Assembly (NCBI RefSeq): GCF_018977255.1
Contig: NW_024704743.1
Coordinates: forward strand, 87,298,001 to 87,362,000
Length of the DNA: 64,000 nucleotides
From: Callorhinchus milii
Taxonomy: Eukaryota
Direction: 5' to 3'
The notes under the pieces: model-generated
Databases searched by the model: none
The model's input: the letters and a program-made list of their open reading frames with translations, nothing else
What the model was told of the DNA's origin: nothing
In this document: piece after piece, positions 39,385-50,939 of the stretch
How positions within the stretch are numbered: position 1 is the first letter of the stretch
How the letters are laid out: each line of letters starts with the position of its first letter
Position numbers and translations under genes: made by a program

Positions 39385-39910
39385 AAGAGGGCATAAATTG
39401 AGGACCACTATATCTCCAGAAGAACAATGAGGTGCGTCAGGTTACATTACCTTTTTTTAACGCACAAAGGTTGATAAAATGTTAACATGATTACACTTTT
39501 ACTATAAATGGCGATTAAAGCTGAGTCCAAAGCAGGATTTGAAAGCCAATTGGATAAATATTAAAAGAAAAGGGCATGTGGAAAGAGCAGAGGGAATAGG
39601 TAGATAGTTCCAATGGCAGAGACAAATGGGTCAAATGACCTCCTCTGCGATGTAAGCTCTCAATGATTGAAGTGAACAAATGAAAAGCAATGTAAGTCAG
39701 AGCTTAAATTCTCCTACCAAGGTCACAGAAATATGAGTGAGTGGCTCAACCTGTGTTTGGCGAAAATAAATCCAGCACCCAAACGGAAACAACAATATTG
39801 TCTTATGCTTTTCAAGGACAAGGCTAGATTTGTCATATCAACAGCTGATGATTAGGAAGAACACTTTGTAAAACATTTCAGTGCATTAATAAGGTTAAGT
39901 GCTCCAAGGT

Positions 39911-40155
39911 ACAGTGACCATATTTTGCTAACCAATTCCGGGACACATATATAAAAAAAATGAACTCACCACAATTCTTGACGCTGGCCACACTGAAGAA
40001 ACTTGGATTAAAGGCTGTATTTTTCAGATGAGCGTTTTAGAATGTTATTGTCCTTGCTCAGTTTGTTGCTGAACTCAAGACAGGGCAGATTTGGCCAGGG
40101 ACACAATACCTCATCCGGGTACTGTCCCTGGAAATCATGACATATGGTCACTCTA
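39911..40155. mobile_element. hAT (Blackjack/Tip100-like) non-autonomous MITE
   Basis: Inverted ends acagtgaccatat..ccgggaca and tgtccctgg..atatggtcactcta; 8-bp flanks TCCAAGGT (39903-39910) and TCTAAGGT (40156-40163). Confidence 0.7.
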
Positions 40156-40374
40156 TCTAAGGTTTACTGGGGATTTTTATGGGGGATGGAAAGTGAAATT
40201 TTCATTGTGTCCTCAAGACCGTATTTTAGATCATATTTTTGGGGTTTTGGAGCAGTTAAGGTGCAGGAAGCAATAGGGGTCTATTATGTGCCATGTGGAA
40301 ACTAGGTTTAAACATATTTGTACAGAGAGAATTACAAAAATCTTTTAAAACCACTAAAAAATATTTATAAGTTT

Positions 40375-41005
40375 GGTTTGGATGAAGAAGCCCGTTGGCC
40401 CCGTTGATTATGTCCTTTTAGAATTCCTACTCTATTGTTCTCCCATTACAGTGTGATACTGTAATGGGAGTATAGACTTTTTCATCAATCTAACATCCTG
40501 GCCTCAAACACCTTTTCTGGTAACCTTTTCCAATCATTATTTACCCTCTATGTAAAGAAATACTTCTTGATGTCTGTCCTGAAATTGTCATTTGCAACAC
40601 TAAACCTGTGACCTCTGTTCTGCTGTCTCGGTGCTTCTAAAAGGATTGTTCTGAATGTATTTTCTCAATCTCATTTAAAGTAGGCTAATAGACTCAAAGA
40701 AATTTACAGTACACAAGCAGATCTTTCAGCTCATCTGCACCAGCTCTCAGAGCAAGCTATCCATTCAATCCCACTGCCCTGCCCTATCCCCACACCTCTT
40801 CAAACCTTTATACATCATTTACCTCTGCGTGGTCTCTTTTCTGAGACATGTCATTTCAAGATTGAAGAGCCATAACTTGTCTCAATCATTTCTCATTGCT
40901 CATTCCTCTAGCAATGGGGACTATCTTGCTCTCCTCTGCACTGCCTCTAGAGCCTGGGAATCTCCTTTATGTCATGGTGACCAGAACTATACGCAATACT
41001 CTAAT
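40375..41005 (-). mobile_element. Old CR1 3' fragments
   Basis: accctctatgtaaagaaatacttc, ctcctctgcactgcctctagagc and ggtgaccagaactatacgcaatactcta (LEYCVxFWSP) on the minus strand. Confidence 0.75.
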
Positions 41006-41009
41006 TATG

Positions 41010-41515
41010 TAATTGCTAACCAATCATTGAGAAAGACATGACGTCACATAGCCATTGATTGTACAATGGAGTCGACATTTGCTTGGATAGAGTTCACAAA
41101 TGTGTTTATTGGCCAAGGATGAATACAAGACAGGAATTCCACTGAAAAAATTGCTGTTTGCTAAACAAGCTGGACAACAGAAGAAGATCATACCTGATAA
41201 TTTGTGATCAAAGGTTGGAATTGATATGTTTGGCTTTGATTGTAATGGCTATCTGACTGCTGTCAACTACTCTCTGAATTATTGGAAGCTTGACTCTTTG
41301 AATGACACAACAAAAACTAATAAGAAACCTCAAAGGTAGATTTGTAAGATATGGAATATTAGACATCTGTTTTTCAGATACAAGTCCACATGTACATCTC
41401 ACGAATTAAAAAAGATTGTAAGAGAGTTGGCTTTCAGGCACATAATATCAATGTCAGAATATCCCAAAGCAATAGAAAGGCAGACCAAACAGTTCAAACA
41501 GCTAATCTCATTGGA
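41010..41515 (+). mobile_element. Decayed Ty3/Gypsy integrase
   Basis: NGVDICLDRVHKCVYWPRMN; *SKVGIDMFGFDCNGYLTAVNYSLNYW; LKGRFVRYGILDICFSDTSP; SNRKADQTVQTA, following the zinc-binding then D,D(35)E layout with frameshifts. Confidence 0.85.
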
Positions 41516-42639
41516 ATTATGAAGGTAAGAATTAGGACAAATTCTTACGTAACACTATGGGACTCGTAATTAATTCAGTGCACAAGTTGAAGTATTGAAC
41601 TAAGGACTATCTGTTTCAGGCAAATTACTCAAAAGGCCATTCTATTGGTTATATACTTTTTTAAATCCATAGTGCTTTAAAATCTGTTGCTTTCTTCCAG
41701 AGTTCTGTTCCTACAGAAATAAACTCTTAATCAAGTCAATGACTGGGGACAAAGGGACATTTTAGAAATAAATACATCCAATACCTTGAATGTTCCCAGG
41801 ATGTTCCAATTTGCAAGCCAGAAGTTGAATGCTGTTTTCAACAAAGGCTGTATGGTAAATTGACCCCAACCTTCTCAGGGTTAGGGAGTGAAATAACAGC
41901 CAGGGTTCCTTTTCCTGATCTCTCTACAACATCCTCTACTGGTTGTGCACATATGTGGCAGCCAGGTGGGGAGAGGTCAGGTTTGACTGTGATACCATGT
42001 ACAGTTGAGTGACCTGCCAGCACTTACTGCCAAGACTCACACATGAACTTGGGTGGTGTATTGGAGGGTAACCAACAGCAAAATGAGCTTGGTAACAAGG
42101 AGTAGAGAGGCAATATGCCAATGAGGAGATAGATCAGAAAAAATATTGGATGCGCTAAATGTATATATAAAAAAGAGAGTGACATTGAAGGGGAGGGAGG
42201 GATCCTCATGTGACATATTTGGAGAACTTTAAATGTAAGAAATATCACATTTTCTGTTAAGTTGACTCCACTTCAGGTTTGTAATTCCTAATCATTTTTC
42301 CTCTGTGATTTACCTTTGATTTCCACACCATGCTTTGTGAATTGTGGTTCAGATTTGCTCACATTGTTTGGCACTGAGACGCCACAGTGCACATTATTCA
42401 ATAAATAGTCACACATTTTTGCCATGATTTTCCAATAATGAGTGCAATTTTGATCGAACAATGCATATTTTTCTTGAAGAGGCCATTTGTACTACAGAAT
42501 GGATGGGAAATGATCGAGTTGCAAAACGTAAGTTCTCTTCCCTTCCAGCGGGTATACTTTTCAAGACTTATAAATGCTGGTTGTGGTGCCTCAGTTGCTT
42601 GAGTAATTGTGTTTCCTTTGCTGGATAAAGTATTACTTT

Positions 42640-42931
42640 GTGTTATAGGAATTCACTGAATGGTGTGACTGTGATACTGTTGAAGCGAGACAAGGTCGAA
42701 ACAATTGTGGACTGTCCTCTCCCCCTTGTCTTCCAAACTGTGACTGCGTAGTGTGAGCCCAGTCCAATGCAGTGTGCAAGTGTCAAGCATTGCTGTGCAT
42801 TTCCCACAAGCCGGACCTTTTCATTTTGTGAGCTTTTTTGGTATTCAGTCCCAAATGCAATGGGTGACTCTGAGCACAACCATGCCTGTGATGGCAGTGA
42901 CTCTAGTAAAGCAGATAATTGTCTGGGGATG
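42640..42931 (-). pseudogene. FN3-like relic exon (possibly extending to the donor at 42314 with an S/T-rich tail)
   Basis: Acceptor tttctttcttacgtcag; ASPDN / FTRVTAITGMVV / SPIAFGTEYQ..VRLVGNAQQCLTL..GLGSHYAVTVWKTRGRGQSTIVST. Confidence 0.55.
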
Positions 42932-42999
42932 CTGACGTAAGAAAGAAAAAAGTAGAACAGTGTGTGTGTAAAAAAAAGACGAGCCAGATTACCAGGTTA

Positions 43000-43365
43000 G
43001 TCCTCTATTCTCTATTTGCTGCCTCTTTTTCTTGCCCCTGCATTATCCCTAAAACTATGCCAGAGTTTAGGAACTTTTATGGAAGTGAGAAGATCTTGAA
43101 ATCAATCTGTTCGGTAATTGGGATCCAGTGGAGCCTAGCAAGGACTGGTGTGATGGGAGTACGGAGTTTTGTGCGGTTGAGTACCCAGGCAGCGTAGTTG
43201 TGAATCTGTTAAATTTTGTGTATGGTGGAGCCGGAGAGGAGGGCATTGGAATACTCCAGTTGGGAAGTGACGGAGGTGTTGGACAAGAGTTTCGGCTGCA
43301 TTTTGTATGAGGTACAGATGGAGGAGAGCAATGTGACGGAGGTGGAAAAAAGCTGTCCTGGTCAG
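43000..43365 (-). mobile_element. Old L2 ORF2 fragment
   Basis: tcttgaaatcaatctg..ccagtggagcctagcaaggactggtgtgatg (ITPVLARLHW..IDFKI) on the minus strand. Confidence 0.75.
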
Positions 43366-43959
43366 GGACCTACTCCACAGTTCAAAAGTTGACCTGAGTT
43401 CAAAGAGCAGTTAAATTGTAAATGAGAAGCCAATGACAGCAGGTTTTTAGTGATATTCCAGCATTTCTAATGGATCACACAGCTGTCGAGTGGAACGTGA
43501 GCAGACGTTCACGTTAGCAGCAGCGAAAAGCAACTGATTTTATAAGTAACAAAAACAAATGTCTGTATTTTAGTTATGTTAGATGTTTATTACTATTAGA
43601 ATCCAGGTATTGGATGTGTCTCTTTTAGTGTTTTACATGTTTCCTCCTGCAATTAAAATGAATTCTTATCCTTTAAATGTAGTTCAACTTCAATGTGATA
43701 AGATGCTTTATCCTCACACGCTGACTAAAAATGATAGTTTTTATATTGAGAAACCTGGATGATTGATCAAGACTCATAATGCAGGTCACAACCAAGGTAG
43801 AAAAAATAACATATGTCAAGAGGTACAGTCATGGTTAGGTGATGCCAGACTTGTTTTAAATGATGTAGGTTGTATACATCCTTGGGATGTTTTCCCAATG
43901 TGAAAGGTGCCATACAAGTGTTATTTTAGAGTGTATAAGGAAGGGAAGAGTGGTGGGTG

Positions 43960-44240
43960 GTTGGTAGGAGTAAGGAAACCCATAATCTTCAAATCCTGAG
44001 AAAAAATGAAATTGAGCAGTACATTGCAGTGCAATGAGTTGTGATTTCATTCCAGTGAGGGTGCAGGGGGAAGGAGAACATGTCTGCCAGCACATTTGGA
44101 GAAACTGTGCTGCATTCTTAAATCAAAAATGCGGGGACTACTGAAGCTCAATATCACTCACTAAAAATGTCCATCTAAAGTACTATATAGTGACTTCTCT
44201 TAGATGTCCAGGGAGGACACTGCTGTTTAGGCATTACTGA
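43960..44240 (-). pseudogene. Weak FN3-like relic exon
   Basis: PGHLREVTI*YFRW..IELQ*SP...SPSPCTLTGMKS, compare YTLTGLKP. Confidence 0.3.
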
Positions 44241-44559
44241 ATTAAGGCAGCTATGAAGTTGCCGTGATCTTACTTATTGCAAAGAAAAGAAATATTCTGT
44301 AGTTATCGAGAGCCTGTTTATTTATTTCAGGGATGATGAGACAGGAACAGTAATTCAGAAGGAATTATTTGCTGAGGCTACGAAAAAGTTCTGGAACTGC
44401 GTTACTTCTCCACAGCTAAACAAAACCTCTTGCTTCACTGCTGAAGACAGATTTTTGTTATATAGCTTGACAATTATAATAATAATCCTTGCATTAGATA
44501 TAGTGCCTTATCACATCTTCAAGACGTCTCAAAGCCCTTCATAGAATATATAACTCAAA

Positions 44560-44800
44560 AGGAACCTAGAAAATCCTTGACAATCTTGAATACTGTCATT
44601 AGCCCTGATGGCTTCAGCTCTGATACCCATAGCCCTACAAAAACATTGCCTTTTTGCAATCTCTGACACAAAGAACTGACACACCATATCAAAAATCTCT
44701 TTTCCGAGCATTGGAATTCGATCAAGTCAAGGACAAGCTGACAAATGTCTCTTTCATCTGTCTTGCAGTGAAGATCAGAAGGAGAATGAGGGCTGGCAGC
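44560..44800 (-). pseudogene. FN3-like relic exon resembling the first tenascin FN3
   Basis: SPSDLHCK.. / SLSLT*SN (TGA at the Trp position) / FLIWCVSSLCQRLQ..VG..VSELKPSG..VFKIV, compare tenascin PPxDL..LxWxN..YLxxYxPxxxGGLx...xELxPG..VFAI. Confidence 0.55.
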
Positions 44801-44989
44801 CACAGACTAGTTCCCGGTGGACTGGAGTCCAGCACAACCTAGGACTGTCATCATCTTAATGATCGTGAGCGAGCGATCTTTGTGAGAAGCTGGTTTGGGG
44901 GGGGCAAGACTGTTTTATTGTTTAAACCCTACGTGCTCTATCTGTGGTTGCATTTGTGCTGTACTATTGATTTCACATAGAAAGGTCAT

Positions 44990-45350
44990 ACATGGAATGT
45001 TTGAGCTATTATCTCCATTGTCTGGGTCCAGAGAAGTCGACTGTTGCAGTCAAGAATTTCCTTTGAGAGAACTGGACAACAGGGATACAAAAGTCAAAAA
45101 TATAATATAGCTGGTAGGAGATCAGAAAGGGAATTTAGGGTGAACATCTTGTCACAGTGGGTGGTGAGAATGCGTTTGTCAGAATCTGTGATTGAAACAG
45201 ATAGCACCAACATATTTTTAGAGGAAACTTGATGGATGTATGAGGGCGAAGGGAATAAAGGGATAAGGGAAAAGGGAATTGGAGGGTGGAGGTTCATGCA
45301 GACAAAATACTGGCATAGTTGAACTCAATGGCAATGACTTACCGTTCCAT
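44990..45350 (+). mobile_element. Old CR1 3' fragment
   Basis: acaaggg..aaatat..catcttgtcacagtgggtggtgagaatg and gttgaactcaatggcaatgac 3' UTR. Confidence 0.65.
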
Positions 45351-45557
45351 GTAAATTCCCTTTTCTTTGTAACCTTGAAAATGTCTGGAAAAGCAGTAGA
45401 TAGCTGCATGCGGAGATGCACCACATGTATATATGAATACTATGACTTATTGCTTCAAAGAGCAATTACTCTCTTCATTGTAGATATCACATTCGCTTTG
45501 TAGCGTAGTCTCCTTATGTCCCAAAGGAAGGAAGGTGTTGTTAGGTTTTGATAAATT

Positions 45558-45933
45558 TGTGACCCTGTAAGGAAGGACCCACTTTCTTCACTCAATTGAT
45601 ATTTATTAATATAAATTGGTAAGGTTATGTAAGTTACAATCAGTTAAGCAATCAAAAATAATGCTTACGTATACTTAGTACAATTCATAACAAGTAAAGT
45701 TGGCTTGACCAATGTTATAGAAGAGATGGAGGTAGAACCAACTGACCAATTGGTACCAGGATTTTAAGTGTCAATCAATGTGTTGATGGTTGTCTCAATC
45801 TTTTTCTTCTTTTAATTCCTTGTAAATCCTTTTAAGATGTTGGTTACGGGTAGCTAGTCTGTTTTCCGAATCGCTGATGTTCTTTCATTGAGTCACATTG
45901 ACATTGTAAAGACATCTGGCATTCAGCTCCACA
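45558..45933 (-). mobile_element. Possible solo LTR
   Basis: TG...CA ends (tgtgacc...ctccaca), minus-strand AATAAA near 45603, and it interrupts the putative relic exon; no TSD seen. Confidence 0.35.
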
Positions 45934-46003
45934 ATGACATCTTTTAGTCAGATAGATAGTCTCCTCCCGTCACCAATTATAATTCCAGCAGTTTATCTTA
46001 AAC

Positions 46004-46486
46004 AATAATAATAATAATAATCCTTGCATTTGATATAGCGCTTTTCACGTCGGGAGGACGTCCCAAAGCGTTTCACAGAACACACTGTAAAGTGAATTGA
46101 CTGTATATTTGTGGATGAACGCGGCAGCCAATTGCGCACAGCAATGTCCCACAAACAGTCGTAATAATAATAATAATAATAATCCTTGCATTTGATATAG
46201 CGCTTTTCACGTCGGGAGGACGTCCCAAAGCGCTTCACAGAATATACTGTAAAGTGAATTGACTGTATATTTGTGGGCGAACGCGGCAGCCAATTGCGCA
46301 CAGCAATGTCCCACAAACAGTCGTAGATTGAAAATGACCAATTTATTATTGTTTTTTTTTTTTGGAGGGATTATTATTAGGCGTGTGGAGTAAGGAAACT
46401 TGCCCGAGGTTTCGCCCTGCCTGGAATTGAAATTAGGTCTCTCACTTGTAAAGCGAGTGCTCTAACCACTGAGCTACAGGTCTCCA
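46004..46486 (-). mobile_element. Family A SINE with a second 3' half appended; TSD TAAACAA
   Basis: Full copy at about 46163-46486 plus an extra 3' half at about 46004-46162; taaacaa at 45999-46005 and 46487-46493. Confidence 0.92.
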
Positions 46487-46924
46487 TAAACAAATCTGAG
46501 TACCACAGATTTAATGTTCATTGTGTAGCTAACAACAATGTCTTATCGACGATGATGTTGAAACTTTGTGTTCTGTAAACATGCTTTCACTGTCCTTGGC
46601 CTTCAAAACTTGCAGCTTTCCTGAAGCAAACAGGTCCATGAGTCTCGGTGATTTTCCTTTGGTCAACTCAAGCAACCCAGAATTCTGGGATTGCTTACAG
46701 TGTGTTTCATTGTGGTATAAATTCCAGCAATTGCACGAAGAGGTATTCACAAGAAGCCACACTACCTGGAGAGAACAACACAGTAGAAAGTAGGCTGTGC
46801 AGAGACCAACCAGTCATTTATCTAGAATTTAATCGAAATCAAGGCCCCGTTTTTCTTGACATGATTTCTGTCTGACATTACAAGGACCATCATTTTATAA
46901 TGTACAATCCAAAGAACAAAGTGT

Positions 46925-47385
46925 CTAAACTCTGCGGCCTGTATTCCCTTATGGCTGGGCTCCGCATTACTTCCATGCTTGCTCGCCAGACTCCACTGGT
47001 TCCCTTTTACCCTAGAGGATTGACCCTAAGATCCTTTTCTAGTCTTTCAAAACCCTTCACAGTTTTGCCCTTCCCTATCTATACAATCTTTTCCACCTCT
47101 GTTCTCCTACTCAGGACCGCCACTTACCTAATCTGATCTGTTGCTTGTTCCTCAGTCCTTTTGTTCTACTCTTAGTGGTCAAGTCTTCAGCCTTTATCCC
47201 ACTGCCTCAGGAACTCTCTTCCAAAGTTTCTTTGCCTCATTCTTCTTTTTGCATTAAACTCCATTAAAAAATTTGGTCAACATCATTAATTCTCTCATCT
47301 GTCTCTCTAATCGTTGGTTCCTATCATATCTGTTAAGTGTTTTGAAACATTCATCCTATGTGAAGGGTGGTATAACAAGTAGGTT
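46925..47385 (+). mobile_element. Old L2 3' fragment
   Basis: ITSMLARxHWFL..RIDxKI and tgtgaagggtggtataacaagtaggttgttg tail. Confidence 0.65.
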
Positions 47386-48325
47386 GTTGCCTCTCACCAT
47401 CCAGTATATTATTACAGCTTTGAGCAGTAGAGATGTGTTTGTTTGTTTTCTTATAGCAAGGTTTTCAGTGCTAAAAATAAATCATACCACTGCAAAATGC
47501 TGAGAGTATATATTCCAATAAATCCTTTAGACAAAGGGATCTTAGTTAAACCATGTTTACAACCCCGAGTTCTTTTTAACTGCAAGAGCAGACAGAGAGA
47601 TCAAACCTTTTAACTGCAAGAGCAGACAGAGACTGTCTGTTTATGTAACAGCAAAGACGAAAGTTTCACAGTGTAACATGACAAAGAAATTCCATTGACA
47701 TTTTGTTATTTTGTTGTTATTGACAGGTTATAACAGGCAAAACAATAAGTTAGTATTATTGTATATATATCAATAAATTGATATACTGGTAAGTATGGAG
47801 TCAGAACAAATTGGAATATAATAAATATTTGCACCACACAGATAAGAAATGTGTTTACATTAGATAAGAGCTGCTGTCATGGAGCATCACTGGTCATGAT
47901 ATTCCATATTGTAAAGAGAGACATGGAGTTTAGACTCCTGCTTGTTTGACTCGAGGTTTATCATGTTGCAATTGCTAAGATGAGTGACTTCATCTTTAAG
48001 GATGAATTGGGTTGTTATTATAATAATAATAATAATAAGGGTTATTATTATAAACTAGGGCTCTTCAGCTTTGAATAAGGATGTCTCATATTATCCAATA
48101 TTTCTCTACCCAGAGGATAATAAAAGCCTGGAACAGGTTACCATGAAGAGTAGGATTCAGTGGAAATCTAGATTCATTTAAGAAACAGTTTGAGGCTGTA
48201 ATGGGAAGAGTGTGGGGTGGGTATGCTGGAAGGATGGGAATCGAATAAGCCAAAGGGCCTTCTTCATCCAAACTGACCTTATGAAATTGTTGTTATTGCT
48301 CTAATTATCTATCGCCAATGGAATA

Positions 48326-48431
48326 TGCTGTCTTGTGATTTCATTCCAGGGAGTTATTATTATCTTTGTGATAATAACTATTTTATCTTTCTGATAATAA
48401 TAACTACCTCGAATGAAATCACAAAACAGCA
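48326..48431. repeat. Hairpin with 39-bp arms (MITE-like palindrome)
   Basis: tgctgtcttgtgatttcattccagggagttattattatc (48326-48364) against the reverse complement of 48393-48431, 3 mismatches. Confidence 0.85.
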
Positions 48432-48612
48432 ATATAGTCAAGGGGTACACGGCTATGGGGTTTTATGAACATCACCCAAACACAGTGATTGGATTATATG
48501 TTTATTTTCTTCTAACATTTGGTCTGATTTAAAATTGGATTTCACTTTATTTAAGCGGTCAATATCCAGAGCACCAGTTGCTGCGTTCAGCATTTCTTAA
48601 AAAAGGAGCAGG

Positions 48613-48960
48613 TGTCAGCCTGGCACCATTGGTAGCACTCTTGAATCTGAGTCAGAAGGTTGTGGGTTCAAACCCCATGTTGGGACTTTGAGCTCAGTCG
48701 AGCGCAGGGCTTCAGGATGCATTGCATCGTTGGACATGTTAAATGAAGATCCCATCTCCCTGTTCAGGTGGACGTTAAAGGTCAGATGACACTATTTGAA
48801 AGGAGTTTCTGTGTCCTAGCCAACAATCCCCCAGGTAAAATTGATCATTTTGAAATTCACAGGCATTACACTTTACAATGAATCTTGTGAAATGCTTTGA
48901 GACGTCTAATGTCATCCCGACATGAAAGGAGCTAAACGAATGTAATTTTGTTGTTGTTAA
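48613..48960 (+). mobile_element. Family B SINE
   Basis: gtgtcagcctggcaccattggtagcactc..gggttcaaacccc..ctgttcaggtggacgttaaag. Confidence 0.82.
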
Positions 48961-50014
48961 TGGTGTGATAGGTCACTATACCAAATGCATCCATTATTAT
49001 TGCATTTCATTGTTTAGTAAAGTTAATAGGATGTTTTCTGGTATTCTTGCTTAATGTAGATTTTCAGAATTAGTACTGATAGGTTGCATGTAATCTGTAT
49101 TATCTTTGTTGCAATATTCATCCTATTTAATTTTATACAGTAGAGAGTAATTTACGGTTTCCTTTTTTTGGTGACAAATATGGCGCCTTGTCATGTCAGA
49201 CCTTTTAAGTGCTTTACAACAAATGCTGTCACGTAAGACTTATCTCAAGGTGCTTCAAGTGTAGCAGCTTGTTTTTTGTAGGCACACATCAGCCATTTGC
49301 ACCAACAGCAATTAATTGGTCATTGGTTGAATGACCAATTAATCTGGAAGATTGTTGGATAAGAGACGGGGAGAAATATGCTTCTCTTTTTGAATTACGT
49401 TATGGATCTTTTTCCTCAATAGGCAGAGAGGTCTTGGATCTCATCTCAACAATGGTTTCTCAGACAATACAGTATTATATTGGAGTGTCAGCCTACACCA
49501 TGACACGGCCCAAGTACAGAGGAACTCTGTTTGCAACAATTATTTAGAATTTTGTAGTGGTTGCAACAAAGCCACTACATCAAGCGTGAAAAAAACATTT
49601 TGGATTAGTGACATGACTTACTCTGCACTACACACCTGTGCAGTGTGTAGGAAGTGATATCAAGGATAATCTGACAACTCAGAAGTGGAGTATTTTTTTC
49701 AGCCGTGGTTCATTCAGTGCAGGTTCACAGAGCACGTTGACTGCAACATTCAACTACCCACTACAGTAAATTCTGTGAAGAGCTCTGAGACTTTATTTAT
49801 AACGATAAAGAAATAGGAATCTTAGCTAACTGTTACCCCGCCACCCCCTCCCCCCCCACTCCTAACTCAAGGACAGAAAGACCAACCACAGTAGTTCCAT
49901 TTATAATTTGAGATCAGCTAACGCAGCACAGACCAAAGATAGAACCGGTGACCTTCCAGCTTGTATGGCTAACTGAGGTACATACGTTTAATCACTGAGC
50001 CTGATAACAAATTA

Positions 50015-50597
50015 ACAACACAACAACAAAATTATATTTGTATAGCGCCTTTCACGACGGGAGGACGTCCTGAGGCGCTAGACAGTCAGTGTTTTGGGCC
50101 TGAGCTAGGGGTTGGGATTGGGGAGGGTTGGAGGGAAGAGGGGAAAGGAGGGTGATTGAAAGCACAGTCGAAGAGGAGGGACTTGAGATGGGTCTTGAAG
50201 GAGGTAAGGGAGGGGGCGAGGTGGGGGGACTGCGGGATGGAGTTCCAGAGGGTAGTGGCAGAGTGGCTGAAGACTCGACCGCCAATGGTGGGGCGGGCGA
50301 GGTGAGGCACGGCGAAGCAGGTCGGAGCCCGCTGAGCGGAGTGAGTGATAAGGTTGGTAGGGGGTTAGGAGGTCACAGAGGTAGGGGGGGGGGGGAGCAA
50401 GGCCATGGAGGGCTTTGAAGGTGAGGACCAGGATCTTGAGCTGTATCCTCTGTGTGGTGGGAAGCCAGGGGAGTCGGGGCGAGAGTGGGGGAGATGGGGT
50501 CACGGAGTTTGGTGCGGGACAGGACACGGGCCGCAGAGTTCTGGATGATCTGCAGCCTGTGGCGGGAGGAGTTGGGGAGGCCGACACGCAGGGAGTT
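50015..50597 (-). mobile_element. L2 LINE 3' fragment with ORF2 C-terminus
   Basis: GLPNSSRHRLQIIQNSAARVLSRTK..LPWLP..RIQLKILVLTFKALHGLAPP..YLCDLL; (CAA)n tail. Confidence 0.92.
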
Positions 50598-50939
50598 TCC
50601 TGGACAGTCTTCCTTCTGCAGTCTTGGGGCTTTGGGACTTCCTGGTGACGGGAGAGGGGCCATACAAATGCAACTTAGTGCTGCTGCTGCTGCTGCTGCC
50701 CTCTTTGCCCAACAACAACAACAAGATGCCAGCACATAGAGGAGTGGGAAGGAACGGCAAAGTGAGCTGAACTTTTTTTTTAGTGGAAAGAAAAAAAAAG
50801 ATATTTCCTGTGACTCAAAATGAGTGGCGGTGGGGGGGGGGGGGGGGGGGTGGTGTGTGTGGAGGGGGGTGACTGGGTGCACTTTGCTGGCAGGAAGGTG
50901 TGTGGTGGAGTCAGTGAGTTTACTGTGGAGGGCAGTGAC

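Larger units (their letters stand above)
45350..46765 (-). pseudogene. Relic first coding exon of a tenascin-like gene (assembly domain and EGF-like), interrupted by a SINE and an LTR-like insert
   Basis: Acceptor tgttgttctctccag; SESMFTEHKV / DIVVSYTMNIK / ICGT / KLLEL / EETIYLTKRC, and after the inserts LGH..ECDIYNEESNCSLKQ..CG..YC..FQG. Compare tenascin SESFQEHTV..IVFTHRINI..CG..LL..LE..L..C and EGF CxCxxGxxGxNCS. Confidence 0.4.

Noticed and set aside
47574..47632. 25-bp direct repeat ttttaactgcaagagcagacagaga
   Set aside because: Simple local duplication with no further structure.
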